Source: Candidatus Woesearchaeota archaeon
Lineage (GTDB): Archaea; Nanobdellota; Nanobdellia; Woesearchaeales; WJKL01
Assembly: GCA_019322435.1 (NCBI GenBank)
Contig: JAHWIR010000005.1
Coordinates: 199-64,198 of the forward strand
Length of the DNA: 64,000 bases
Reading direction: 5' to 3'
Each line of letters begins with the position of its first letter. The first letter of the stretch is position 1. The position numbers were made by a program, and so were the translations under genes. Shown here piece after piece: positions 1 through 8,381 of this stretch. Under the pieces are notes generated by a model. The model did no database searches, was not told the DNA's origin, and saw only the letters and a program-made list of their open reading frames with translations.

Positions 1-125
1 CCCAGGATAAAATTGATATAAAGCCAGATCTTTGCTCCAGATGTTATTAAGAAGATTACTATAATTATAGCTAATATTGTTATCAGAAGTTTATGCTGTT
101 TTAGCCCCTTTTTCTTTTTTGCCAT
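1..125 (-). CDS. hypothetical small membrane protein, N-terminal fragment (continues past window start)
   Basis: ATG at 125-123, 2 nt after the srp54 stop. MAKKKKGLKQHKLLITILAIIIVIFLITSG: basic N-terminus then a hydrophobic helix. Frame open to position 1. Confidence 0.35.
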   Translation of the reverse strand, partial: MAKKKKGLKQHKLLITILAIIIVIFLITSGAKIWLYINFIL

Positions 126-127
126 GA

Positions 128-1477
128 TTACATACCTGGGATTTTTCCTCCTAGCTTTTTCATCATCTGCTGCATGTTCTTAGGAGATTTTCCTTTCATC
201 ATTTTAACTAACTTTTTGCTCTGCTTGTATTGCTTGATTAATTCTCTAATATCTTTTGCACTGACGCCTGAACCTTTTGCAATCCTGTCAATCCTTGTTG
301 TTGACATTATGTCTGGATTTTCCAGCTCTTCTTTTGTCATTGAGTTCATTGCTATTTTCCATTTTTCTAGTTTTCCTTCCTGAACATCTAATAATTCTTT
401 TGGAAGCTTTAACTGGCCCATTCCTGGAACCATTTCAACTAATTTGCTTAATGAGCCCATTTTTTTCATTGCAGACATCTGCTCGAACAGGTCAAGTAAA
501 TTGAAGTCTCCTTTTAACAGTTTTTTAGACATGTCTTCTGCTTCTTCTTCTGTTATTGCTTCTTTTGCTTTTTCTAATAATGCTTCAATGTCTCCCATTC
601 CTAATAAACGCCCTACAAAGCCTTGCGGGTTGAAGGATTCCAAATCATCAACTTTTTCTCCAACACCTATGAACTTTATTGGGGAAGATGTTGCTGCGCA
701 GGCTGTCAATGCTCCTCCTCCTTTTGCTGTTCCGTCCATCTTTGTTGCAATGACTCCTGTTATAGAAGCATTGTCATGGAAGGTCTGGGCTTGTTTTTGA
801 GCAGCCTGTCCAATGTCTGCTGAGATTACTAATAAATTTTCATCTGGTTTTATCAGGTTATATAATGATTTTATCTCTTTTATCAGATCATCTGACAAAG
901 CATCTCTTCCAGCTGTGTCTATTAATATGATATCAAATTTAGATAGTTCTTTTTCAAATTCTTTGTAGATCTTTTCAGGATTTTTTTCTTTCTTGTTTAT
1001 GAAACAAGGAACATTTATCTGCTTGCACACCTGAGAAAGCTGTTCTGGAGCTGCTGGCCTGTGAACATCTAATCCGATAGCTGCAACTTTTTTTCCTCTT
1101 TTTTGGAAATATTTTGCGAGTTTTCCGATTGTAGTTGTCTTTCCAGAGCCAAAAAGCCCTGTCATCATTATCTTGAACTGTGTTTTTGTTGGCTTTATTT
1201 CTGCTGGCTTGTCTCCTAAGAATTTAACCAGTTCTTCATAGACAATGTTTACTAAATGTTCTTTTTTTGTCAGTCCTGCTGGTGTTTCTTCTTTCTTTAT
1301 CCTTTCTTTTATCTCATTTGTCAGTTTGAAAACTAGCTGGACATTGACATCTGATTGTAATAGAGCTTTTTGTATGTCTTTGACTAATTCGTTTATTAGT
1401 TTTTCATCTACAAAAACACTGGATGCTATCTTCTTTAATGTGTTCTTTAGGCTTGAGCCTAGTTTCTCTAAAACCAT
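128..1477 (-). CDS. srp54: signal recognition particle protein SRP54
   Basis: 449 aa with N domain, GTPase P-loop GLFGSGKTTTIGKLA, DTAGR and TKMDG motifs, and a Met-rich C-terminal M domain. Confidence 0.96.
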   Translation of the reverse strand: MVLEKLGSSLKNTLKKIASSVFVDEKLINELVKDIQKALLQSDVNVQLVFKLTNEIKERIKKEETPAGLTKKEHLVNIVYEELVKFLGDKPAEIKPTKTQFKIMMTGLFGSGKTTTIGKLAKYFQKRGKKVAAIGLDVHRPAAPEQLSQVCKQINVPCFINKKEKNPEKIYKEFEKELSKFDIILIDTAGRDALSDDLIKEIKSLYNLIKPDENLLVISADIGQAAQKQAQTFHDNASITGVIATKMDGTAKGGGALTACAATSSPIKFIGVGEKVDDLESFNPQGFVGRLLGMGDIEALLEKAKEAITEEEAEDMSKKLLKGDFNLLDLFEQMSAMKKMGSLSKLVEMVPGMGQLKLPKELLDVQEGKLEKWKIAMNSMTKEELENPDIMSTTRIDRIAKGSGVSAKDIRELIKQYKQSKKLVKMMKGKSPKNMQQMMKKLGGKIPGM

Positions 1478-1517
1478 ATAATCTCGTATTAGAAATGGTT
1501 ATTTAAATGTTGGGGTT

Positions 1518-1901
1518 TTAATAACCCAATAATATCATTGTCATATCATCTACTTCCTTTTTGTTCTCGGCACAGAAGATCACATTTTCTTGATTTGAAT
1601 AGCAGATATTTTTAACATTTTGAATTGCATTTTCTCCTGAGCATAATAAAATATACGCCTGGTTGCCATTGCATTCTTTTCTTAAGTCTTTAATCTTATC
1701 TTTTGCTTTTTGGTTTTGCTCATATTTTTCAATCAATATATCAAATTCCTCATCTCCAAAGCGAGTGAATTTAAGATCATATCCTTTTTCCTGCAATATT
1801 ACATCAATCTCCTTAGGATTCTCATTCTCATTCTTATCTTCTTCCTCTGTATCGTCTTTTTCTACTATTTTAACTATAACAAGAGTTTGTTCTATTCCCA
1901 T
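1518..1901 (-). CDS. hypothetical protein, possibly a degenerate nucleoside-diphosphate-kinase-like fold
   Basis: 127 aa. EQTLVIVKI, ILQEKGYDLKF, AYILLCSGENAIQNVKNI and NVIFCAENKKEVDDM line up by eye with NDK segments, but the catalytic His position reads Phe and an acidic insert follows strand 1. Confidence 0.5.
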   Translation of the reverse strand: MGIEQTLVIVKIVEKDDTEEEDKNENENPKEIDVILQEKGYDLKFTRFGDEEFDILIEKYEQNQKAKDKIKDLRKECNGNQAYILLCSGENAIQNVKNICYSNQENVIFCAENKKEVDDMTMILLGY

Positions 1902-1961
1902 ATAGGAATTAAGAATGATGTTGTTTTTTAAAAATTTTGTTGAAAAAATAAAAAAAGAAAT

Positions 1962-2828
1962 TTACTGAAATTCCTTAAATAATGCTTCCTCCTCTTCCTC
2001 TGTCATCTTGTATTCAGGATTGTTAATCTTTTTTAGAAGCACCCTAGTATAAGCAGGTTTTGCTACATTAAGGTTCATTTCTTTTGTTGTGTAATCTTCC
2101 TGCTCTGTATCTTCAAATGAATCTGCAACAGGCTTATGAGCCATTCCCATGAAGAAAAGCACCTTAGTATCGTTTCTGTCCCATGCATCTTGCATTAGTT
2201 CTATTCTTTTTTTCATTAATTTGTTTCTATACCTTGCAGATGCAGCAAACTTATCAACAAGGTTTTCAATTTTGTCTTTGCTTGGTTGAGTATTGAAATC
2301 TTCTACTGCAGACATGTAATTCTTTTTTGTTTCCATGAATTTATTATAGTCTTCAGGCTCATATGCCTCAAAAAAACGTACATAGCATTCTAGTTTTGCT
2401 GCTTGGATAACATTCTCAGCTAATATGCGTCCATTCTTATCAAAGAATATTTCTCTAATCCTCTTTCTGTAATCATCATCCCTATGTCCTAGAACATTCT
2501 CATTGTGATTGTTCATATAATCAGTGACAAGGTTATCAAGAAATTGGTTTATCAAAGTACAGTCGTCATATTTCAGAGGGGATTCTACCAGGAATAAGTC
2601 ATATTTCCTTTCTTTTGGTGATGCAAGCTCCTTGTTTATTTGGTCTGCATCATCCATGTTTGCATGTGAGCCAAGAAGGAAAGTTATATCTGTTGGCTTT
2701 TCCTTATAACCTTCTTTTTTTTCTATAGATGTCTCTACTGAAACTTCTTGCTTGTATAGCTTTAAGCTTGCTCCTGCAACAATTGCAGCTAATCCCATGC
2801 CCAAGCCAAGTTTATAGTACCATTTCAT
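1962..2828 (-). CDS. membrane-anchored hypothetical protein
   Basis: 288-aa ORF with a single N-terminal TM helix (YKLGLGMGLAAIVAGASL). No recognisable catalytic motif. Confidence 0.6.
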   Translation of the reverse strand: MKWYYKLGLGMGLAAIVAGASLKLYKQEVSVETSIEKKEGYKEKPTDITFLLGSHANMDDADQINKELASPKERKYDLFLVESPLKYDDCTLINQFLDNLVTDYMNNHNENVLGHRDDDYRKRIREIFFDKNGRILAENVIQAAKLECYVRFFEAYEPEDYNKFMETKKNYMSAVEDFNTQPSKDKIENLVDKFAASARYRNKLMKKRIELMQDAWDRNDTKVLFFMGMAHKPVADSFEDTEQEDYTTKEMNLNVAKPAYTRVLLKKINNPEYKMTEEEEEALFKEFQ

Positions 2829-2908
2829 GCTATAATTTAATAAGAAAGGGTATTTAAATCTTTTGTTTTTGTTACTACTAATAAGTTAAAAAGAAATAAA
2901 AAAACTGT

Positions 2909-3430
2909 TTATTCTTCAGCTGTCTCTTCTTCAGGCTCTTCTGCATACATGAACCTGTACCAAGGTGCTTTCTCTTCTATCTTGCCCTGAGCATTGATGT
3001 TGAATCTTTTTGTTGCTCTGCCTTTGATAAATCCAAAGAATCTTACTTTTTGCCTTGCTCTTATTACTGCTGCTCCTGTTTCATTATCAACATCTTCAAC
3101 AGTTACATTTTCAAATCTCTGAAGCCTTGCCTGATATCTTTCCATCCATCTGTCTAAGTTTCTCTGCAGGACTTCTCTTGCTCTTTCGTTTCTGACTCTT
3201 GTCAAAGCATTTGTCAATCCTTCTTGGATCCTTTCTCTGGCTTCTTCTGCTGTCATGTTTGCTGCCTTGAGCCTTTCTTCGATGTGCTCTCCTGTCATAT
3301 TCCTTGCCTGGGCTCTTTCTTGTATTGCTGCGGCTGCTGCTGCGCAGCCTGTACATGCTGCGAAAGCTGACGGTATTGCACTCAATACAAGCAATGCCAG
3401 AACCAAAATTGCTAGTTTTTTCATTTGCAT
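2909..3430 (-). CDS. secreted helical/charged hypothetical protein
   Basis: Signal peptide MQMKKLAILVLALLVLSAIPSAFA followed by an Ala/Arg/Glu-rich helical region and an acidic tail. Confidence 0.6.
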   Translation of the reverse strand: MQMKKLAILVLALLVLSAIPSAFAACTGCAAAAAAIQERAQARNMTGEHIEERLKAANMTAEEARERIQEGLTNALTRVRNERAREVLQRNLDRWMERYQARLQRFENVTVEDVDNETGAAVIRARQKVRFFGFIKGRATKRFNINAQGKIEEKAPWYRFMYAEEPEEETAEE

Positions 3431-3539
3431 ACCTCCTTATTAGTATAATATGCCTGTTAAGTGGGTTTTGGTATATATAATTTACTGAATAGAAAAGCTT
3501 AAATAGTAACTTATCAGATTTTATCTTAGAGGTGGATAG

Positions 3540-4598
3540 ATGGATTTTGCAGAGATAATCAACAACATACTTGCTAACAGGTATTTAGGAGGGCTGTTCA
3601 TATTTGTAGTATTCTATGTTCTTGCTGAGCTTGTCAAGTTTGTATTAGAAGGTGTTTTCTTGAAGCTTGCCAAAAGAACAAAAACAAAGCTGGATGATTT
3701 CTTGATTAAAAAGACAAAAAGGCCAATATCTTTGTTATTGATGATGATTGGGCTTAAATTAGGATTTAATTATATGCAGCTGGCAGGAAAGACAGGAGAT
3801 GTTATTGATAAAATCGTCAATTCTTTCATCACAATAATTGTCATCTATATTTCTGTGGCAATAATCAAGCTGATTGTGGATTACTGGGGGGAGAGTATTG
3901 CAAAGAAAACGAAAAGTGCAGTTGATGAGCATCTGATCATTGTGCTCAAGAAATCAATGAGTGTTGTGTTCTTTATTGCTATACTTTTAGCAATACTGCA
4001 TGTGTGGGGGATTGAGATTGGTCCTTTGCTTGCTGGATTAGGTATAGGCGGAATTGCTATTGCGTTTGCCCTGCAGAAGAGCCTGGGGAATATATTTGGA
4101 GGGATTAGCCTGATATTGGACAGGAGCGTTGCAGTGGGTGATGTTGTCGTAATGGATGCTGATACAAAAGGAGAGATTGTAGATATTGGATTAAGAAGTA
4201 CAAAGATCAAGACATTTGACAATGAGTTTGTCATTGTGCCGAATGGAAAACTGGAAGAGATGAACATACACAATATTGCAAAGCCTGAGCCTTCAGTCAG
4301 GATTGTTGTTCCATTCAATGTTGCTTACAGAAGCAATGTAGCAAAAGTAAAAAAGATTGTATTGAAAGAGCTTTCTAAAGTAGATGGACTGGACAAGAAA
4401 GAAGACAGAAAGCCATTTGTAAGATTCCTAGAGATGGGAGAATCAGGAATGATGTTCAAGGCCTATTTCTACATCAGAACCTATAAAGATAAGTATAATA
4501 CAATAGACCAGGCAACTACTTTGATCTATAATGCTCTGAACAAGAACAGGATTAGAATACCATTCCCTCAGATGGATGTTCATTTGAAGAAGAGATAA
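3540..4598 (+). CDS. small-conductance mechanosensitive channel (MscS family)
   Basis: 352 aa with N-terminal TM helices. Pore-helix/beta-domain signature GGIAIAFALQKSLGNIFGGISLILDRSVAVGDVV. SD agaggtgga plus BRE/TATA gaaaagcttaaatag at 3492-3506. Confidence 0.9.
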   Translation: MDFAEIINNILANRYLGGLFIFVVFYVLAELVKFVLEGVFLKLAKRTKTKLDDFLIKKTKRPISLLLMMIGLKLGFNYMQLAGKTGDVIDKIVNSFITIIVIYISVAIIKLIVDYWGESIAKKTKSAVDEHLIIVLKKSMSVVFFIAILLAILHVWGIEIGPLLAGLGIGGIAIAFALQKSLGNIFGGISLILDRSVAVGDVVVMDADTKGEIVDIGLRSTKIKTFDNEFVIVPNGKLEEMNIHNIAKPEPSVRIVVPFNVAYRSNVAKVKKIVLKELSKVDGLDKKEDRKPFVRFLEMGESGMMFKAYFYIRTYKDKYNTIDQATTLIYNALNKNRIRIPFPQMDVHLKKR

Positions 4599-4632
4599 AT
4601 TTATAAATAAATCCTTCCTATAATTCTTTAGA

Positions 4633-4851
4633 ATGGATGAAGATTATCAGAATGAAGAAAAGAAATATGATCCTCATAAAAGGCATGATTCTCTTCAGAC
4701 ACATAGGAATTTGATTAAAGGGCATACTCAAGTAAATAGTGAATCAACATTTAAAAATATATCAGATATAGTTATAGAAAAAAAAGACAACTTTGAACAA
4801 GAACAAATAGAAGAAGAAAGAAGAAAAAAAGAAACTTCCCCTACTTCTTAA
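4633..4851 (+). CDS. hypothetical highly charged small protein (doubtful)
   Basis: 72 aa, low-complexity K/E-rich. Supported only by a TATA-like aaatttataaataaa about 25 nt upstream. The 3' end overlaps the convergent small gene. Confidence 0.3.
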   Translation: MDEDYQNEEKKYDPHKRHDSLQTHRNLIKGHTQVNSESTFKNISDIVIEKKDNFEQEQIEEERRKKETSPTS

Positions 4852-5035
4852 TAAACAGACTGAACAAGCCTATTATTATGAATGCTGCTGTGTACCAGCT
4901 TATGTTCCAGAAGTTCCAGATTACTAGGTCTTGCAATAGGAAGCAGACACCTACAATCAGGGCAACTACTGCGCATATTTTGCACAATCCGCTGCCGCAA
5001 ATAGGGCATGTGCAAGCTTCAACTTTCTTTGCCAT
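4841..5035 (-). CDS. small Cys-rich membrane protein (tandem paralog 1)
   Basis: Start re-set to the ATG (MAKKVEACTCPICGSGLCKIC...). The track start is a GTG inside the SD GAGGTGAT. Two hydrophobic helices. Confidence 0.6.
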   Translation of the reverse strand: MAKKVEACTCPICGSGLCKICAVVALIVGVCFLLQDLVIWNFWNISWYTAAFIIIGLFSLFIKK

Positions 5036-5045
5036 GCTTATCACC

Positions 5046-5234
5046 TCACTTTTTTTTACAAGGAAATAGTTTTGCTAATCCTGCTAGGATCAATACAACT
5101 CCAACAAATGTTGCCCAATCCAATACTGAATACATCTGATTTAGTACAACTAGAATTCCAATAATAACCATTGTTGTTCCTTTGGCTTTCATATACATCT
5201 TGTGCATTGCCATCATATCTGGTGCTTTAGCCAT
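5046..5234 (-). CDS. small membrane protein (tandem paralog 2)
   Basis: Start re-set to the ATG (MAKAPDMMAMHKMYMK...). Same SD GAGGTGAT-N4-ATG layout as the neighbouring gene. Same MAK start and two-helix architecture. Confidence 0.6.
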   Translation of the reverse strand: MAKAPDMMAMHKMYMKAKGTTMVIIGILVVLNQMYSVLDWATFVGVVLILAGLAKLFPCKKK

Positions 5235-5365
5235 GAGAATCACCTCTTTTAGTATTTTTAGGGGTTAAAGTATTTAAGTATTTCTGTTTAAAAAAAGCAT
5301 CAGGTTTATAAAGGCCCATATGTATAAAATATACATATTTTAGGGGGTTTCTATGAGGATTTTGA

Positions 5366-5506
5366 ATGAAAAGTTTTACAATAACAAAGAAAGTAGCAAA
5401 GCATGGAAGCCAGGCTGTAATTATAGTACCTAGAGTTCTAGAAGATGAATTAAAACCAGGAACTGTTTTGAAATTAACAATGGATGTTCTGAGGGAGGCA
5501 AAATGA
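5366..5506 (+). CDS. AbrB/SpoVT-like swapped-hairpin small protein (46 aa, below the ORF-track cutoff)
   Basis: MKSFTITKKVAKHGSQAVIIVPRVLEDELKPGTVLKLTMDVLREAK. BRE/TATA aggtttataaagg at about 5303-5315. Its stop overlaps the kinase start as ATGA (5503-5506). Confidence 0.6.
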   Translation: MKSFTITKKVAKHGSQAVIIVPRVLEDELKPGTVLKLTMDVLREAK

Positions 5507-7344
5507 CAGTAAAAGATTTTATAGAGGAAAGTGAATTTATGGAATGCATCTTGTCCTTGGGAGAGAAAGAGGAATTGAAGAGAAGAGGCTATGAAATCCT
5601 GCATAAGCTAAATGAAGGGCAGACAAGAGAGGCTTATCTTGCAAAATATGTGAGTGGTAATGTCAGTAAATTAAGAGTTGTGAAGGTACCTAAGAAAGAG
5701 GTTGATCCTTCATCTATATGTACTTTGATAAATAAAAGCAAAAGAGATGTTGATTTAGCAGAAGTAATTGCTTCTGGAGAAATCCAGCATCCTTATATTG
5801 CAGAGATTTTGGACAGCTTTAATTTAAATGGAAGAACTGTTAATGTAGAGGCGTATCATGAAGGTACTGATTTAGAGGCTCTTGTTAAAAGCGCAGGCCC
5901 TATTAAAGATGAATCAAGATTTGACAAAATATTTACTCAAGCAATTGAGGCATTTGAATATCTTAATGAAGAAAAGAGAATCCTGCATAGAGATATAAAA
6001 CCTTCAAATATTATTATTACAAAATCAGGAGATATTAAGGTAACTGATTTACAAAATGCTGCAAAGATTTTTGGTATAGATAAACTAAGCATGCCAACTA
6101 GAGGAGGAACTCCTTATACACATATTGACTTGCTTAATGCTCTTATTACTGGTAGAGAAACAAGAGCTAGCACAAGAACAGAAGTATATGCTCTTGGTGC
6201 AGCAATGTTCAATGTTCTTACAGGAGAGGATCCTTTTGGATATAAGATTGTAGCAGATGAAAATGGAAAAGAGATAAAGATTGGAAAAGAGATTTATAGA
6301 ATTAAGCTTAAAGATGGAGATAAGGATTTAGAAGAAATAACAAATGAGTATCATGAAGAAAAACTTAAGAAAATAATTAAGAAAGTGCCAAAAAAATACA
6401 AAGATGTAATCTATAGATGTTTAACAACTAATGATAAAAAAGCAATCAAGGATATGTATAGATTAAAACAAGAGTTTAGCGAGATTGTTCTTGATTACAA
6501 AGGAAGATTCAAAGAATCTCTTATTAGAGGAGCAAAAATAGCGCTGCCTACTGCTGTTGTTCTTGGTTTAACTATATTTGGAATTATAGGCGGTATAAGA
6601 GAATCAAAAAGGGAACATAAACCAACCCTGCAGGAGATAATGCAGCATAAGGATTACAGCAAATTTAGTTTAGAAACTCTGGATGATCAATCTAGGAAAT
6701 ATAGCCTTGATATACTTGTCCCTTATATGAAAGATGTTCAAGAAAGATTACCTGGATTTAGCGAAAAATTACAAAGCAGAATTGAATTTTATAGTTCACA
6801 TGCAGGAAAGATTAATCTTATGCCTGTGAGACTTACTAGTTCATGGCTAAGAGCATGTTATCTTAATAAAGGATATGATGAAGTATATAAACAGAAAGGA
6901 GAAAAGAGATGTTCTCCAAGCCTTGTTCCACTAAACTTTGTTTTAAAAACAGACTTAGCTAGTAGACAATGGCATGTTGATGATAATGAAGCAATTGCTA
7001 GAGGCCTAACATATCTTAAGCACTGTTTAGGCCCTGATGCAAATGTAGCAGATGTTTATACAAACTATTTCTCTACAAGAGAAGATGTAAATACTGCTAT
7101 GGTTAAAACAAAAAGCATAACATATCTTCCAAGATTTGTACCTGAAGAAAATAATCCTAATATTGGCAGCATAGAGCCAGGATATGGGCAGGCCATACCT
7201 TATCATCAAAGACAATTGATTAACACAGCAATATCACTGTATATGATTACAGATGAAGAGGGTAAAGTAGATTTTAGCAAGATTCCAAAATTAAGTTTTA
7301 TAGAAGGAACATTCAAAAATCAGCTTAATTCTGCTGTAAAGTAA
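5503..7344 (+). CDS. membrane-spanning Hanks-type Ser/Thr protein kinase with unknown C-terminal domain
   Basis: Catalytic loop HRDIKPSNIII, beta3 Lys LRVVKVPKK and VTDLQ in the DFG position. One TM helix (IALPTAVVLGLTIFGIIGGI), then about 245 aa of unknown domain. Confidence 0.85.
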   Translation: MTVKDFIEESEFMECILSLGEKEELKRRGYEILHKLNEGQTREAYLAKYVSGNVSKLRVVKVPKKEVDPSSICTLINKSKRDVDLAEVIASGEIQHPYIAEILDSFNLNGRTVNVEAYHEGTDLEALVKSAGPIKDESRFDKIFTQAIEAFEYLNEEKRILHRDIKPSNIIITKSGDIKVTDLQNAAKIFGIDKLSMPTRGGTPYTHIDLLNALITGRETRASTRTEVYALGAAMFNVLTGEDPFGYKIVADENGKEIKIGKEIYRIKLKDGDKDLEEITNEYHEEKLKKIIKKVPKKYKDVIYRCLTTNDKKAIKDMYRLKQEFSEIVLDYKGRFKESLIRGAKIALPTAVVLGLTIFGIIGGIRESKREHKPTLQEIMQHKDYSKFSLETLDDQSRKYSLDILVPYMKDVQERLPGFSEKLQSRIEFYSSHAGKINLMPVRLTSSWLRACYLNKGYDEVYKQKGEKRCSPSLVPLNFVLKTDLASRQWHVDDNEAIARGLTYLKHCLGPDANVADVYTNYFSTREDVNTAMVKTKSITYLPRFVPEENNPNIGSIEPGYGQAIPYHQRQLINTAISLYMITDEEGKVDFSKIPKLSFIEGTFKNQLNSAVK

Positions 7345-8227
7345 TTCCCATTAATGGTGAAGAAGCTAAATAGAAATTTCTTATTGCATTCATGATATGA
7401 TGCAGTATGATAGTATTTTTGCCTTTCTTTAGCAAAGGATATGCTTTATTGTAAATTATATCTTTTTCCATGTCATGAATTTTTTCTATTAATGTTATAT
7501 CTTTCTTAAGATAAGCTTGTTTTAAAGATTCAAACATTGTTTTGCATTCTTCAAAGAATTGCAGTACTTCTTTAGGTTCTTTGATTTTAGACAGATGTTT
7601 TAAGCCTAAGTAGACCTCTCTTTGTCCGTGTATTGTTAATGTTAAGAATGCCCAGAATAATTGAGCGTTTTTTTCTGCTATTTGTTTCTTTGCAATAACT
7701 CTTCTGCAGAAATTATCATACTGCTGTATCTTTTCTTCTATTTCTTCAAAATCTTCAATTGGCTCTTCTTTATTTATTACCTGCTCTGCAATAGTTAGTA
7801 ATTCTGATATGTTGTATAATATCTTTTGAAGCAATATGTTAAACTGTTCTGCAGATGGTTCTGTTATGTTCTCTATTTTGCATGAGTTTTTTTCTTTTTT
7901 TATTATTTCAAAACCTAAGAGACGGGTATTTACAATATCTTTTATAACCTTGAATTGGGTTTGGTGTTCAAAGAAAACATCAACTTTATCATAACCTAAC
8001 CTGTAAGCATTTGTTAATGCTGTTCTTATTGCTGACTCTGTAAATCCTGTTAGTTTGATTTCTGTCCTTTTTTTTGCTTTAATTCCTTTTGCTGAAATCA
8101 AAAGATTGTTCTCTATCTGTTCTATATTAACTTCATCCCCTTTCTTGAATTCAAATTCCTTTACCCACTTAGCAGGCAGACTAATCATCATAGTTGCTGC
8201 TCCTTGTTTTACTAGTTTTCTTTTCAT
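7325..8227 (-). CDS. AbrB-domain / PhoU-domain regulator (archaeal PhoU-like)
   Basis: Start re-set to the ATG at 8227 (the track start is TTG). MKRKLVKQGAATMMISLPAKWVKEFEFKKGDEV is an AbrB-like N-terminus followed by helical PhoU-like repeats. TATA ggtttatatat lies 25-35 nt upstream. Confidence 0.75.
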   Translation of the reverse strand: MKRKLVKQGAATMMISLPAKWVKEFEFKKGDEVNIEQIENNLLISAKGIKAKKRTEIKLTGFTESAIRTALTNAYRLGYDKVDVFFEHQTQFKVIKDIVNTRLLGFEIIKKEKNSCKIENITEPSAEQFNILLQKILYNISELLTIAEQVINKEEPIEDFEEIEEKIQQYDNFCRRVIAKKQIAEKNAQLFWAFLTLTIHGQREVYLGLKHLSKIKEPKEVLQFFEECKTMFESLKQAYLKKDITLIEKIHDMEKDIIYNKAYPLLKKGKNTIILHHIMNAIRNFYLASSPLMGITLQQN

Positions 8228-8381
8228 CTTGATTTTGGGAAATTTAAGCAATATATAAACCTTATGGATTTGTTTATAGATTTATACTAGTATATATACT
8301 TTAAACTGAATGTTTATATTTTAAGATTTTTATGAATTTACTAAAGAGCGTGTTCTAGATAAGTTATTGGAGGATAAAAAA

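Noticed and set aside
174-1481. Several plus-strand ORFs (174..383, 277..504, 444..800, 623..823, 1245..1481) inside srp54
   Set aside because: They are antisense shadow ORFs within a confidently identified gene, and their low-complexity Ser/Phe/Leu-rich translations are typical of the reverse frame of an AT-rich gene. The same reasoning applies to antisense ORFs inside mscS, thrS, gyrB, dnaK, dnaJ, rimK, the serpin and others.
5227-5604. 125-aa minus-strand ORF spanning the small-gene promoter, the AbrB micro-ORF and the kinase start
   Set aside because: It overlaps two better-supported plus-strand genes and an intergenic promoter region, has no SD or TATA, and has an implausible composition.
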